Positions 1-8,162 of a DNA stretch of 64,000 bases are shown piece after piece (positions within the stretch are counted from its first letter, which is position 1; each line of letters starts with the position of its first letter). The stretch is taken from the sequence record NC_048046.1; one strand, given 5' to 3'. The position numbers and the translations under genes are program-made. The notes beneath the pieces were generated by a model. The model made no database searches. It was not told the DNA's origin and saw only the letters and a program-made list of their open reading frames with translations.

Positions 1-138
1 TGCATCGTGGCCCTGGGCCTGGGCTTCCGCATCGCTCGCGTCGACAATGCGCTCCAGCGCACCGACCTGCACGGCCTATCGGACGGCGACCACATCATCA
101 TCCGCCCGTGCAACATCCGCGAGATCGGCACGCGCTAG

Positions 139-486
139 ATGTCCGGCCCCCTGATCATCTCCGGTACAAAAATCTCGGTCATTTCGTCCCATCCCAAGTG
201 GGGCCGATGGGTGAGCTATCCGGACATCGCTGAGACGATCCACCTGCATCCCGAGCAGAAGTGGATGCCGCATGAGGTGCTGGGCCTGAGGGCGGTGTTC
301 AAGCCGGATGACTTGGTCGAGATCAAGGATCAGTGGCTCGCTGATCGCGTAGGCGTCTGCGTAGCACACGTCTCCAGGTTCCGGTGGTGGGCCTACAATC
401 GGCGCTCCGGCGCATATCCCATGGTGGAACTCCAGGGCCTGCCGCTGAAGTGGTACGCCGCCGGTTTCTTCCGAAAGATCAACTAA
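139..486 (+). CDS. hypothetical protein
   Basis: ORF track; ATG follows an upstream stop; same strand as the following gene chain. Confidence 0.6.
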   Translation: MSGPLIISGTKISVISSHPKWGRWVSYPDIAETIHLHPEQKWMPHEVLGLRAVFKPDDLVEIKDQWLADRVGVCVAHVSRFRWWAYNRRSGAYPMVELQGLPLKWYAAGFFRKIN

Positions 487-500
487 CCAAGGAGGACAAG

Positions 501-878
501 ATGTCCGAGACTAAAGCTTTTCCGACTCTAGACGTCCTGGGTGCCACCTCGGGCTTCCTGCTGGCCGAGATGGGCGGCATCTATCAAGTCCTCAACTTCA
601 TGACGAACTCCGACCTGTTTACGCACCAAATCCCGCGCGCTATCGGCCCGGCGGCATTCGCGCTGATCAAGCACAATCCCGCGATGGTTCCTATCCTCCA
701 GGAGATCAAGAACGCCAACGTCGAACAGCGCCTTGCCGGCCGCGACGGCTGGCTGACTAAGCTGGGCGCGACGATCGAAGTGCCCCGTATCGCCGAAGGT
801 GACTACGAAGTGATGGACCCGATCGCCGAGTTCATCGCTATGCGCGGCGGCGCAGATACGGCGATCGTTGTCGTCTGA
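501..878 (+). CDS. hypothetical protein
   Basis: GGAGG RBS before ATG 501 inside ORF 384..878. Confidence 0.7.
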   Translation: MSETKAFPTLDVLGATSGFLLAEMGGIYQVLNFMTNSDLFTHQIPRAIGPAAFALIKHNPAMVPILQEIKNANVEQRLAGRDGWLTKLGATIEVPRIAEGDYEVMDPIAEFIAMRGGADTAIVVV

Positions 879-884
879 CATCAA

Positions 885-916
885 GAGTTGACAGACAACG
901 CGAGGGCCTCTAAGGG
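885..916 (+). promoter_or_regulatory. sigma70-type promoter, GAGTTGACRGAC family
   Basis: TTGACA 888-893; the same GAGTTGAC(A/G)GAC 12-mer recurs at 3365 and 6980, each intergenic and upstream of + strand genes. Confidence 0.55.
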
Positions 917-944
917 TGACGGCGACGATCACAAGGAGGCCCTC

Positions 945-1463
945 ATGCTGAAGTTCACCGACATCTCGAACATCCGCTACGAAATCAACCGCACCGGCGG
1001 TGGCTTCCAGGGACGCATCCTGTTCGAAGTGGGCGCCGACACCTGCCACGTCTGGGTCGATCACGACACCCTCGCCCTGGGCATCTACTATGGCCGGTAC
1101 GACAAGAAGGGCCTGTATCGATATCCGACCGACGCCGCCGCGCGCAAGACCACCGACACGCAAATCCTGAACCTGGAAGCTAAGGCGACCGCGAAGGCCC
1201 TGGCCGCCGTCGTCGCCGAAGTGCGCAAGCTGGGCCTGCCGGCTACCGCCATCGCCGAAGTGCAGCGCCTTGAAGCAGAAGCTGACGAAAAACGCCGGCA
1301 AGAGAAGATCGAGAAGACCAAGAAAGCCTTCCACGACATGCTTCTCTACAGTCTCGAACAAGGCTTGATGCCGCCGGCGAAGGTCAACGAGATCGAGCGT
1401 GTCATGATTGACGTCAAACCGGAAAGCTGGCTGATCCTGCGCAGCGCGGTGCTGGGCGCATGA
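945..1463 (+). CDS. hypothetical protein
   Basis: AAGGAGG RBS, ATG 945; ATGA overlap with the next gene. Confidence 0.75.
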   Translation: MLKFTDISNIRYEINRTGGGFQGRILFEVGADTCHVWVDHDTLALGIYYGRYDKKGLYRYPTDAAARKTTDTQILNLEAKATAKALAAVVAEVRKLGLPATAIAEVQRLEAEADEKRRQEKIEKTKKAFHDMLLYSLEQGLMPPAKVNEIERVMIDVKPESWLILRSAVLGA

Positions 1464-1786
1464 ACGTCGCGAACGTCCTGAACAAGGCCGCCGACCTGAT
1501 CGAGGAGCGTGGCTGGTTCCAAGGGAACCTCCGCGACGATAATGATAAGCGGCTGTGCGCGAACATGGCGCTGGCGGAAGCAGCCGAAATCCGCCTGCAA
1601 GGTGATGTCTCCACTCGCTATACCCTGTACACCCAGGCGCAGTTGGTGCTTCTCAAGCATCTGAGCATCACGATCCTTTGGGACCGCGTGAAGGGCAGCC
1701 TCATCATCGAGTGGAACGATGCTCCGGGGCGCACTCTGTCAGAGGTCGCCACAACGATGCGTGATGCTGCGAAGGGGATCGCATGA
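1460..1786 (+). CDS. DUF6197-like small phage protein (paralog 1)
   Basis: Pattern AADLIEERGW..C..AL..IEWNDAPGRTLSEV recognised by eye; ATGA overlaps. Confidence 0.6.
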   Translation: MNVANVLNKAADLIEERGWFQGNLRDDNDKRLCANMALAEAAEIRLQGDVSTRYTLYTQAQLVLLKHLSITILWDRVKGSLIIEWNDAPGRTLSEVATTMRDAAKGIA

Positions 1787-2148
1787 TCGGGGATGCCCAA
1801 ACCCGCGCGCTCAACATAGCGCTCCTGGAACGCGCCGCCTCCCTGATCGAAGAGAAGGGCTGGTGGTTCAAGGGCATCACCGACGGTCGTGGCAAGCTCT
1901 GTATCGTTGACGCCCTGCGCAAGGCCGTCAACCTCGGCGTCCAAGAGCGTTCGTTCACGACTACGGCCGATCGCGACGCCTTCATCGAGCGGAAGCCACA
2001 AGCGCTGGCGCTGTTCCTGATCATTCATCTGGGCCTGCACCCCTATCCCAGCCCGACGACCTCCTTGATCGAGTGGAACGATGCGCCCGATCGGACCCTC
2101 CAGGAAGTCCTCGACGCCCTACGCAACACCGCCAAGGAGATGCCATGA
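1783..2148 (+). CDS. DUF6197-like small phage protein (paralog 2)
   Basis: AASLIEEKGW..C..AL..IEWNDAPDRTLQEV, a clear paralog of 1460..1786. Confidence 0.6.
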   Translation: MIGDAQTRALNIALLERAASLIEEKGWWFKGITDGRGKLCIVDALRKAVNLGVQERSFTTTADRDAFIERKPQALALFLIIHLGLHPYPSPTTSLIEWNDAPDRTLQEVLDALRNTAKEMP

Positions 2149-2525
2149 CCAATCGCCTTTTCCTCCTGGCCGCCGGCGTCGCCCGTCGCGGCACGAAGCT
2201 GACCGCGATCTTCAAGGACATCGCGATGCAGGGCATGCCGTTCGAGACGTCCGGGACCCGCGACGTCTATGACTGGATGGTCCGCGATTTCGAGTCGGGC
2301 ATTCCTGAGGCGCAGGGTGATATCGATGCTTGGGCAGCCGCCCGCCCGATCGAAGAGGTTCGTGCCGCTTTGACCAAGGTGGCTGAGCGAGACGACGCGA
2401 TCCTCCGCGCCGCCGGGCTGCGGCGGACGGGCCGCACGGTCCATGAATCCGCCTACGGGCGCCTGGGCGAAGATGAAAAGGCGACCGCCATCGCCTCGGC
2501 CGCGCGCATTCTGGGTGTCGCATGA
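2145..2525 (+). CDS. hypothetical protein
   Basis: AAGGAG RBS, ATGA overlap chain. Confidence 0.65.
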   Translation: MTNRLFLLAAGVARRGTKLTAIFKDIAMQGMPFETSGTRDVYDWMVRDFESGIPEAQGDIDAWAAARPIEEVRAALTKVAERDDAILRAAGLRRTGRTVHESAYGRLGEDEKATAIASAARILGVA

Positions 2526-3082
2526 GCCTCGTCAGCATCTACGAACGCGCGCTTTTCCTGATCCGGGAAGAGCCCGACAACACGCCCATGAACGCTTTCG
2601 TCGTGGGCCTGAACTATGGCTCTCAGGACGTTCCGACCCGCTACGAAGCCGTTCGGCGCCTGGGCAAGAAGATCGGTCTGGACGTGCCGGACGACGTCAC
2701 ACTGTTGGACGACAAGCAAGTCGACGTCCTGCTGGTCAAGATCGACGCGTGGCGCAAGACCCGCACCATCACGCAGTTCTCCGGCCGCCTGGAGAACGCG
2801 TTCGGTGAGGCCCGCCGCGAGCGCAACGCGGCCATCCTGGAGGAGGTGATCAAGCGTTTCGAGCGCTTCCCGCCGGCCGCCATCGTCCCACTGCGCGACG
2901 TCTTCGATACCATCTGCCACGTGGCGAGCAAGGTCGAGCCAACCGACAGCGTTTGGGCTGCCGCCGATGCCTACCACGCCTTCGAGCTTGTTAACGGGAA
3001 GTCGTCACCCAACTGCCTGCCGGCCGCGTCGGCAGTCGTTCGGCTCAAGGCGGCGCTCCAGGCGAATAGGCCGCCGGCATGA
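2522..3082 (+). CDS. hypothetical protein
   Basis: ORF track, ATGA overlap chain. Confidence 0.7.
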   Translation: MSLVSIYERALFLIREEPDNTPMNAFVVGLNYGSQDVPTRYEAVRRLGKKIGLDVPDDVTLLDDKQVDVLLVKIDAWRKTRTITQFSGRLENAFGEARRERNAAILEEVIKRFERFPPAAIVPLRDVFDTICHVASKVEPTDSVWAAADAYHAFELVNGKSSPNCLPAASAVVRLKAALQANRPPA

Positions 3083-3366
3083 GCGTCTTCCTGGAGAACG
3101 GCAAGGCGACGCGCAACTCGATCCTGATCCACGCGGCGAAGGTCGCGCTGGGCTGGTACCCTAATCCGGCCACGTTCGATCAGGTAATCGAGGTTGCTGT
3201 GGAACAGCAGGAACGCTCGGTGGGCTTCGACGAGGTCTACGCGGCGGAGCGCGCTGCGCGTGCGGCCTTTCGCAAGCACTACAGTTACCTTGATCTGTCG
3301 ACGCCAGTCGAACCCGCCAAGATGGCGCATCGACTTCTGTTCATCGCGATGCAAGTGCCGGCGTGA
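3079..3366 (+). CDS. hypothetical protein
   Basis: ORF track, ATGA overlap chain. Confidence 0.65.
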   Translation: MSVFLENGKATRNSILIHAAKVALGWYPNPATFDQVIEVAVEQQERSVGFDEVYAAERAARAAFRKHYSYLDLSTPVEPAKMAHRLLFIAMQVPA

Positions 3367-3400
3367 GTTGACAGACGGCGCCTAGCTGATTACCGCTGGG
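3365..3400 (+). promoter_or_regulatory. sigma70-type promoter, GAGTTGACRGAC family
   Basis: TTGACA 3368-3373 in the gap before 3423..3803. Confidence 0.45.
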
Positions 3401-3422
3401 CGAATATGAGAAGGATATAGGG

Positions 3423-3803
3423 ATGAGCATCAAGGCTATGATGGGTGGCATCAAGGAAGTACAGATCGTCGTCCGCGCCGATGGTTCATCCGAAGTGCTC
3501 GGCCTCGGCGATAACGTTCAGATCGGCTATGAATGGAACGGGCAAGCCTATCCCACTCTCCGTGAGGCAGAGCGCGCCAAGATGATCGAGGGTGACAAGG
3601 AGAGCCTTCAGAAGGTGCTCCAGACCCTGCTCAATGAGCCCAGCATCGACGGCACATGTCCGCCGCTCCGCCTTCCGCAGTCCTATCGCCTCGCCGAATC
3701 CCTTCTGGCGAACCCTCGCCTTCGCGAGCTATTCTCGATGGCGCTGAGCAAGATCGCTAAGCGTCCACCCGAGACCTACGCTGACCTGAGAGGTAACGAC
3801 TGA
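3423..3803 (+). CDS. hypothetical protein
   Basis: AAGGA upstream, ORF track. Confidence 0.7.
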   Translation: MSIKAMMGGIKEVQIVVRADGSSEVLGLGDNVQIGYEWNGQAYPTLREAERAKMIEGDKESLQKVLQTLLNEPSIDGTCPPLRLPQSYRLAESLLANPRLRELFSMALSKIAKRPPETYADLRGND

Positions 3804-3969
3804 TGGCCGGACAAAACCTTTATGGGGGCGGAGTTCCCTTCATGGTGAACTCAGGCACCTACGGACGCTGTCGACACGGCCACACGCGCTATATGCCTTG
3901 CTGGCGCTGCGGCATCTGGCATCCCTTAAAATTCCTGAACCACCTGATCGCCGACCTGAAAGGCTGAAC

Positions 3970-4329
3970 ATGGCTCTCGAAACCATCCCCGAATCCGAAC
4001 TCGTTCACCGCGCCTACTATCGCGGTTGGAACCGCAACACCAAGTTCGCGCGCTGGGATGCGACGCAGAACTGCTTCGTGTTCTGGCGCGCGAAGTTCGA
4101 CTACGTCTACATCACCACGGCGCCCCACGGTGAAAACGCCCATCAGGGCGACATCTTCCGGCCGTACGCACGCGTCGCGGATGACGAAATCGCCTTCCCG
4201 GTACCGTTCTACGCTGAGGGCGATACTGATCCGGAGCCGACCGCCCAGGCGATGCACGAGGAAGACGTCCGCCAGTTCAAACTGGAGAACCCAGGCGTCA
4301 TCATGCAACCCTACGGGATGTCCAAGTGA
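3970..4329 (+). CDS. hypothetical protein
   Basis: ORF 3898..4329, likely start ATG 3970; GTGA overlap with the next gene. Confidence 0.65.
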   Translation: MALETIPESELVHRAYYRGWNRNTKFARWDATQNCFVFWRAKFDYVYITTAPHGENAHQGDIFRPYARVADDEIAFPVPFYAEGDTDPEPTAQAMHEEDVRQFKLENPGVIMQPYGMSK

Positions 4330-4943
4330 CCGAGCCCTGGCCGATCCGCACTCGCCCGACGGGCTTCGACATCCAGTCGAACGCACTTGACATCATCACC
4401 CGACGCTCTGGTCTGAACTCCCAGGGCGGCCCTGACGTGATCATCGTGCCGACTGGTAAGGCCCGCAAGGTTCTTGAGAGTCAGGGCAAGATTACGCGCA
4501 CGATCTCGGCACCCGAGATAGACATGCTCCTGGAGGCGGCTGCCGAGTACATCGTCGAGCGCGGCTGGCGTCGGACGACCAACGATGACGATACGCTCAC
4601 GATGACGACTGCCGTTCTGCTCGCGGTGACGGTGTTCAAGGCGCACAACCATGTCGACGAGGAGTCGATGCTGGGTCGGGTGGTCTTGAACCGCTTGGCT
4701 AAGGCGCTCCCGAGCTATTACGACGGTTGTCCGGTCGACGAAGTCATCCTGGAGTGGGAGGCGTCCGCCGGCCGAACTCTGGAGGACGTTCTGCACGTCC
4801 TGCGCACGCGCACTCGTTTGCGCGACGACTGCTCGATCTGCCAGGGCCGCAGTGGTGGCGTGCCGGGCAACGAGAACGTAATCCGTGGCAAGCTGGTCTG
4901 CGACTACTGCCACGCCGCCGATATGACCTTGAGGGGAATGTAA
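4326..4943 (+). CDS. protein with DUF6197-like domain and C-terminal CxxC..CxxCH cluster
   Basis: AAAEYIVERGW...ILEWEASAGRTLEDVL resembles 1460/1783; ends CSICQG...CDYCH. Confidence 0.6.
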   Translation: MTEPWPIRTRPTGFDIQSNALDIITRRSGLNSQGGPDVIIVPTGKARKVLESQGKITRTISAPEIDMLLEAAAEYIVERGWRRTTNDDDTLTMTTAVLLAVTVFKAHNHVDEESMLGRVVLNRLAKALPSYYDGCPVDEVILEWEASAGRTLEDVLHVLRTRTRLRDDCSICQGRSGGVPGNENVIRGKLVCDYCHAADMTLRGM

Positions 4944-5326
4944 TGGGCCTGAACTGTTCGCACGACGCCTTCGATGGTGCCTATTCGCGCTTCCAGCGCT
5001 TCCGCGTGGCGATCTGCCGCGCGATGGGCGGGAGCTACCCCAACGGCTACGATGGGGAGACCAACTGGTACTATGGTCCCGGCATGGACAGCGGGACCCA
5101 TCCGGGCCTCTACATCCTCCTCTGCCACAGCGACTGCGACGGCTCGATGACGTCCAAGGAGTGCCGGCTGGTCGCGGACGACCTGGACAAGATGGTCCCG
5201 CTGCTCGCTCAGCTTCCTGACCACGATCCCACTGATCGCCGCTTCAGCTACGTCGAGATGGCGGAGACGTTTGCGGCCGGCTGCCGTCTGGCGGCGTCGA
5301 AGCGTCAGAAGCTGAAGTTCATGTGA
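4943..5326 (+). CDS. conserved phage hypothetical (MGL..H..F...YS.F..FR / HSDCDG type)
   Basis: Motif pattern recognised by eye; TAATG overlap. Confidence 0.65.
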   Translation: MGLNCSHDAFDGAYSRFQRFRVAICRAMGGSYPNGYDGETNWYYGPGMDSGTHPGLYILLCHSDCDGSMTSKECRLVADDLDKMVPLLAQLPDHDPTDRRFSYVEMAETFAAGCRLAASKRQKLKFM

Positions 5327-5625
5327 TGGATCAGCCTACGAAAAAGCCAACCGGCTACCGCGTCGAACGCCTGGGCTTCTTCGAACGCCGCGTGCCAACC
5401 TACGACGAGGCCTCGCCTGAGCCGCCGGCGCCGAAGCGCGACTGGCTGACGTGGTTGATCGCTTCCCTGCTCTGGGGAGGTGCGATCTTCGCCGTGGCGC
5501 GTGCGTCGGGCCTTCCCATCTGGAGCACCGGATTTACGATCGACGCTACTGATCTGAGTCTCCTCCCGTTCGGTGCCTGGAACATCTGGTTCTTCCAAGG
5601 CCTAGCCAAGAAGGTGCGCCGATGA
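5323..5625 (+). CDS. small membrane protein
   Basis: Two hydrophobic stretches; overlap chain. Confidence 0.6.
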   Translation: MMDQPTKKPTGYRVERLGFFERRVPTYDEASPEPPAPKRDWLTWLIASLLWGGAIFAVARASGLPIWSTGFTIDATDLSLLPFGAWNIWFFQGLAKKVRR

Positions 5626-5951
5626 GCCCGCGTCATCAAATCGTTCAGATGCTCAACGCCGATCTCATTCAACTCAATGAGGATGGGACAGGCAAGCTGG
5701 TCGATCAGCCTCACGACCTAATCATCCAACTCAACCTCAACTACGTCGACCATGGTCATATGGTCGACGTAGTTGAGCTTGGCATCCAGGCCATGGTTGC
5801 TCGCGAGGAGTTGCTGAAGGTAACCCGCGAGAGCCCGCCTCATCCGATGACGGCCGAGGACATCGATGTGGTGCTCGCTACGGCCCGGCAACGCCGGTTC
5901 AAGGCCGAGGCGCTGTTGCCGCTTATTCGCCGGCCTGGGCCGGCTCGATAA
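5622..5951 (+). CDS. hypothetical protein
   Basis: ATGA overlap chain. Confidence 0.6.
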   Translation: MSPRHQIVQMLNADLIQLNEDGTGKLVDQPHDLIIQLNLNYVDHGHMVDVVELGIQAMVAREELLKVTRESPPHPMTAEDIDVVLATARQRRFKAEALLPLIRRPGPAR

Positions 5952-5965
5952 CATAGGAGGGGGCG

Positions 5966-6490
5966 ATGACGGATAAGCCTAAATGGTGGTGGTCCAAGGC
6001 GCGACGCACGGAACATGAGGCGCAGGCCGCCCAGGCTCTGGCAGAGAAGCGCGCTCAGGCGGAACAGCGGCGTGAGCAGAAGGCGAGGGACGCAAAGGCC
6101 CAAGCCCTGAAGCAGCGGCGGCAACTTCGACGCGCAGGCGCCCATCGCGTCGTGCAGACCAATAAGGCCCGATTCCATGTCGAGCAGATCGACGCACGAG
6201 GTCGCTGGTATCCCGTGACTTCCTACGGCGAATTGTTGAACGAGCATTGGGAAAGGCTCAAGACGACCCATTACGAGTCGTTGGAGAAGGCTGTACAACT
6301 CGGGAAGCAGTTTGAGGCCGATTTCAAATCTCAAGTTGAGTTCGAGATTATGCGCCTGACCGAGTACAACAACATCTTGAGCCCGCCCAATTACGAACCC
6401 GTACCCGTAAACGGCGGAATGAATCCTGATGAGGTGCTAGCCCGCGCTGTAGCCACGGTCTGGGGCGGCAAGGAGTACAAGCACTCGTGA
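5966..6490 (+). CDS. hypothetical coiled-coil protein
   Basis: AGGAGG RBS; A/E/Q/R-rich N-terminal half. Confidence 0.7.
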   Translation: MTDKPKWWWSKARRTEHEAQAAQALAEKRAQAEQRREQKARDAKAQALKQRRQLRRAGAHRVVQTNKARFHVEQIDARGRWYPVTSYGELLNEHWERLKTTHYESLEKAVQLGKQFEADFKSQVEFEIMRLTEYNNILSPPNYEPVPVNGGMNPDEVLARAVATVWGGKEYKHS

Positions 6491-6945
6491 CCCAAGAACG
6501 CTCCCCCTACCCCGACGTCGGCGGTTACGTTCGTGACCCGGCCTATCACCTGATGCGCCTGCGCATGCTGCTGACCGGCACGAATGCGCCGGATGATGCG
6601 GTTCTGCGCGAGGCCCTGGTTCGCCTGAATGCACATCTGGAGAAGGACGCGGACCTGCTGTCCGCGCTCCGTGGCGAACGGAAGCTCTACTACGATATCA
6701 TGTCCGATCCGCGTGAAGATGGCGGCGTGCGCATCTGGAGCTACACGCTGAAGGGTCTGCATCTCGCCGGCGCAAACTCCGGCGAAACGTTCGCCATGCT
6801 TCCGGACGCGATCAAAACGCTGTTGGTCGCGAACGAAGGGATTGCATCTGACGAGATCATCTCGATCGCAGTCAACCGTACGTCGAACCTCCCCTACAAG
6901 CGTGACGTCATCGTCACGCTCAAGCCGCTCCCGCCCATTAACTAA
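6487..6945 (+). CDS. hypothetical protein
   Basis: GTGA overlap, ORF track. Confidence 0.65.
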   Translation: MTQERSPYPDVGGYVRDPAYHLMRLRMLLTGTNAPDDAVLREALVRLNAHLEKDADLLSALRGERKLYYDIMSDPREDGGVRIWSYTLKGLHLAGANSGETFAMLPDAIKTLLVANEGIASDEIISIAVNRTSNLPYKRDVIVTLKPLPPIN

Positions 6946-6979
6946 GCCGTCGAAAAAAGTTCAAGAATCTTGTCATCAA

Positions 6980-7012
6980 GAGTTGACGGACGGCAGGGAG
7001 GCCAATAGATAG
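6980..7012 (+). promoter_or_regulatory. sigma70-type promoter upstream of the interrupted tRNA-like pair
   Basis: TTGACG 6983-6988 and TAGAT about 17 nt downstream; member of the GAGTTGACRGAC family. Confidence 0.5.
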
Positions 7013-7050
7013 ACATCAAGCGCGGCGGAAATGCGGCGCGGATGAGAGAT

Positions 7051-7326
7051 CGGCGGGTAGCTTTAGTGGTAGAGCACCAGGGCCGCACAATCATCGGGTG
7101 AGACCAAGTTAGGCGACGCGGATGGCACATTCTTCAGTGCCGGAAACCAAGCCAAGCGAGGTTGGAAGTCCCTTTAGCGAGGGATGGACTTGGACGAAGA
7201 TGAATACTGGCGAGGCGGTACGGGATAGGCCATCCTGGAAACCAGACTAGGAAAGTCGACGAAAGATCATTCGATGCGCGGATGAAGACCTGGGTGTCGG
7301 GGGTTCGAATCCTTCCCCGCTGACCA
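7051..7326 (+). ncRNA. tRNA-like gene 1 with a 200-nt structured insert in the anticodon loop (spliced form would read anticodon GAA)
   Basis: Acceptor CGGCGGG/CCCGCTG-A-CCA; D-arm GCTT..GAGC; anticodon stem CCAGG 7077-7081 / CCTGG 7289-7293; loop ATGAAGA 7282-7288; T-arm GGGGG-TTCGAAT-CCTTC; insert 7082-7281. Confidence 0.8.
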
Positions 7327-7338
7327 TCTCTCGAATAA

Positions 7339-7588
7339 CGGTGTGTAGCTCAGGTGGTAGAGCGCCAGGGCCGGGATTACTATGGTACTGCCGAAGCGAA
7401 GCAGACGCCGGGGTCGCTACTCGGAAGATGCGGGTCTGGAGCAACGGTAAAAGTGCGGATTACGCGGCTCAGCGCAGCAGCTAACTTCGGTTGCTAGCGG
7501 GTGCTGAAGAAACGTACCGAGTGGCCGGGGACCATAGCCTGGATGAAGACCTGGAGGTCGGGCGTTCGACTCGCGCCCACACCGACCA
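7339..7588 (+). ncRNA. tRNA-like gene 2 with a 173-nt structured insert in the anticodon loop (spliced form would read anticodon GAA)
   Basis: Acceptor CGGTGTG/CACACCG-A-CCA; D-arm GCTC-AGGTGGTA-GAGC; CCAGG 7365-7369 / CCTGG 7550-7554; ATGAAGA 7543-7549; T-loop TTCGACT; insert 7370-7542. Confidence 0.8.
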
Positions 7589-7616
7589 TTCCCTTTCGCA
7601 GCGCAGGAGGCCTCTC

Positions 7617-8162
7617 ATGACGATCACGAGCGAGGCCCCGCTGCTGGCCAACGAAACTCCCTCTTTCCTCGTCGGGCACCTGCTCGATCTCGCTGACGTG
7701 CGTCCCGGACATACGGTCCTGGAGCCTAGCGCCGGCGACGGCCGCCTCGCGTTCGAGGCCGTGGCCCGAGGCGCCGATGTCACCGCGATCGAACTGAACC
7801 AGCGCTGCTGCGAGAGCATCGCCAAGCAGCGCGACATGTACGGTCTTCCGAAGTCCGTTCTGGCCGTGCGCCGCTCCGACTTCTTGATGACGCCGGTGAC
7901 GACGCTTTATGACCGCGTGGTTATGAACCCGCCGCGCGCGAATGTCCCGCACGTGACCCACGCCTACAGCTTCCTGAAGCCGGGCGGCCGACTGGTCGCG
8001 CTGATCCATCGCGAGCATGCCGAGGCGATCATCGTCCATGTTGGCGTCGTGGGTGACGCGGAATACTCGCTCACGACCCTGCCGGCTGACATGTTCCAAT
8101 TTGACGGCAAGCCGATCGAAGCTGCGTTCATCACGCTGTGGAAGCCACATGAAGCTGCCTAG
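7617..8162 (+). CDS. SAM-dependent amino-methyltransferase (NPP-motif class)
   Basis: AGGAGG RBS; motif I VLEPSAGDG and motif IV VVMNPP; substrate unknown. Confidence 0.75.
   Translation: MTITSEAPLLANETPSFLVGHLLDLADVRPGHTVLEPSAGDGRLAFEAVARGADVTAIELNQRCCESIAKQRDMYGLPKSVLAVRRSDFLMTPVTTLYDRVVMNPPRANVPHVTHAYSFLKPGGRLVALIHREHAEAIIVHVGVVGDAEYSLTTLPADMFQFDGKPIEAAFITLWKPHEAA

Noticed and set aside
7430-7465. Twister ribozyme (GGTC..AGC..GGTAAAAGTG resemblance) in insert 2; RNase P (AGGAAAGTC) in insert 1
   Set aside because: The required P4 pairing and the other conserved regions are absent; these are short chance matches.
7051-7588. tmRNA or standard group I intron-containing tRNA
   Set aside because: Full D-stems and no G3-U70 argue against tmRNA. 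There is no U at the 5' splice junction and no recognisable P7 (R/S) core for group I. A covariance-model search is still needed to exclude it firmly.
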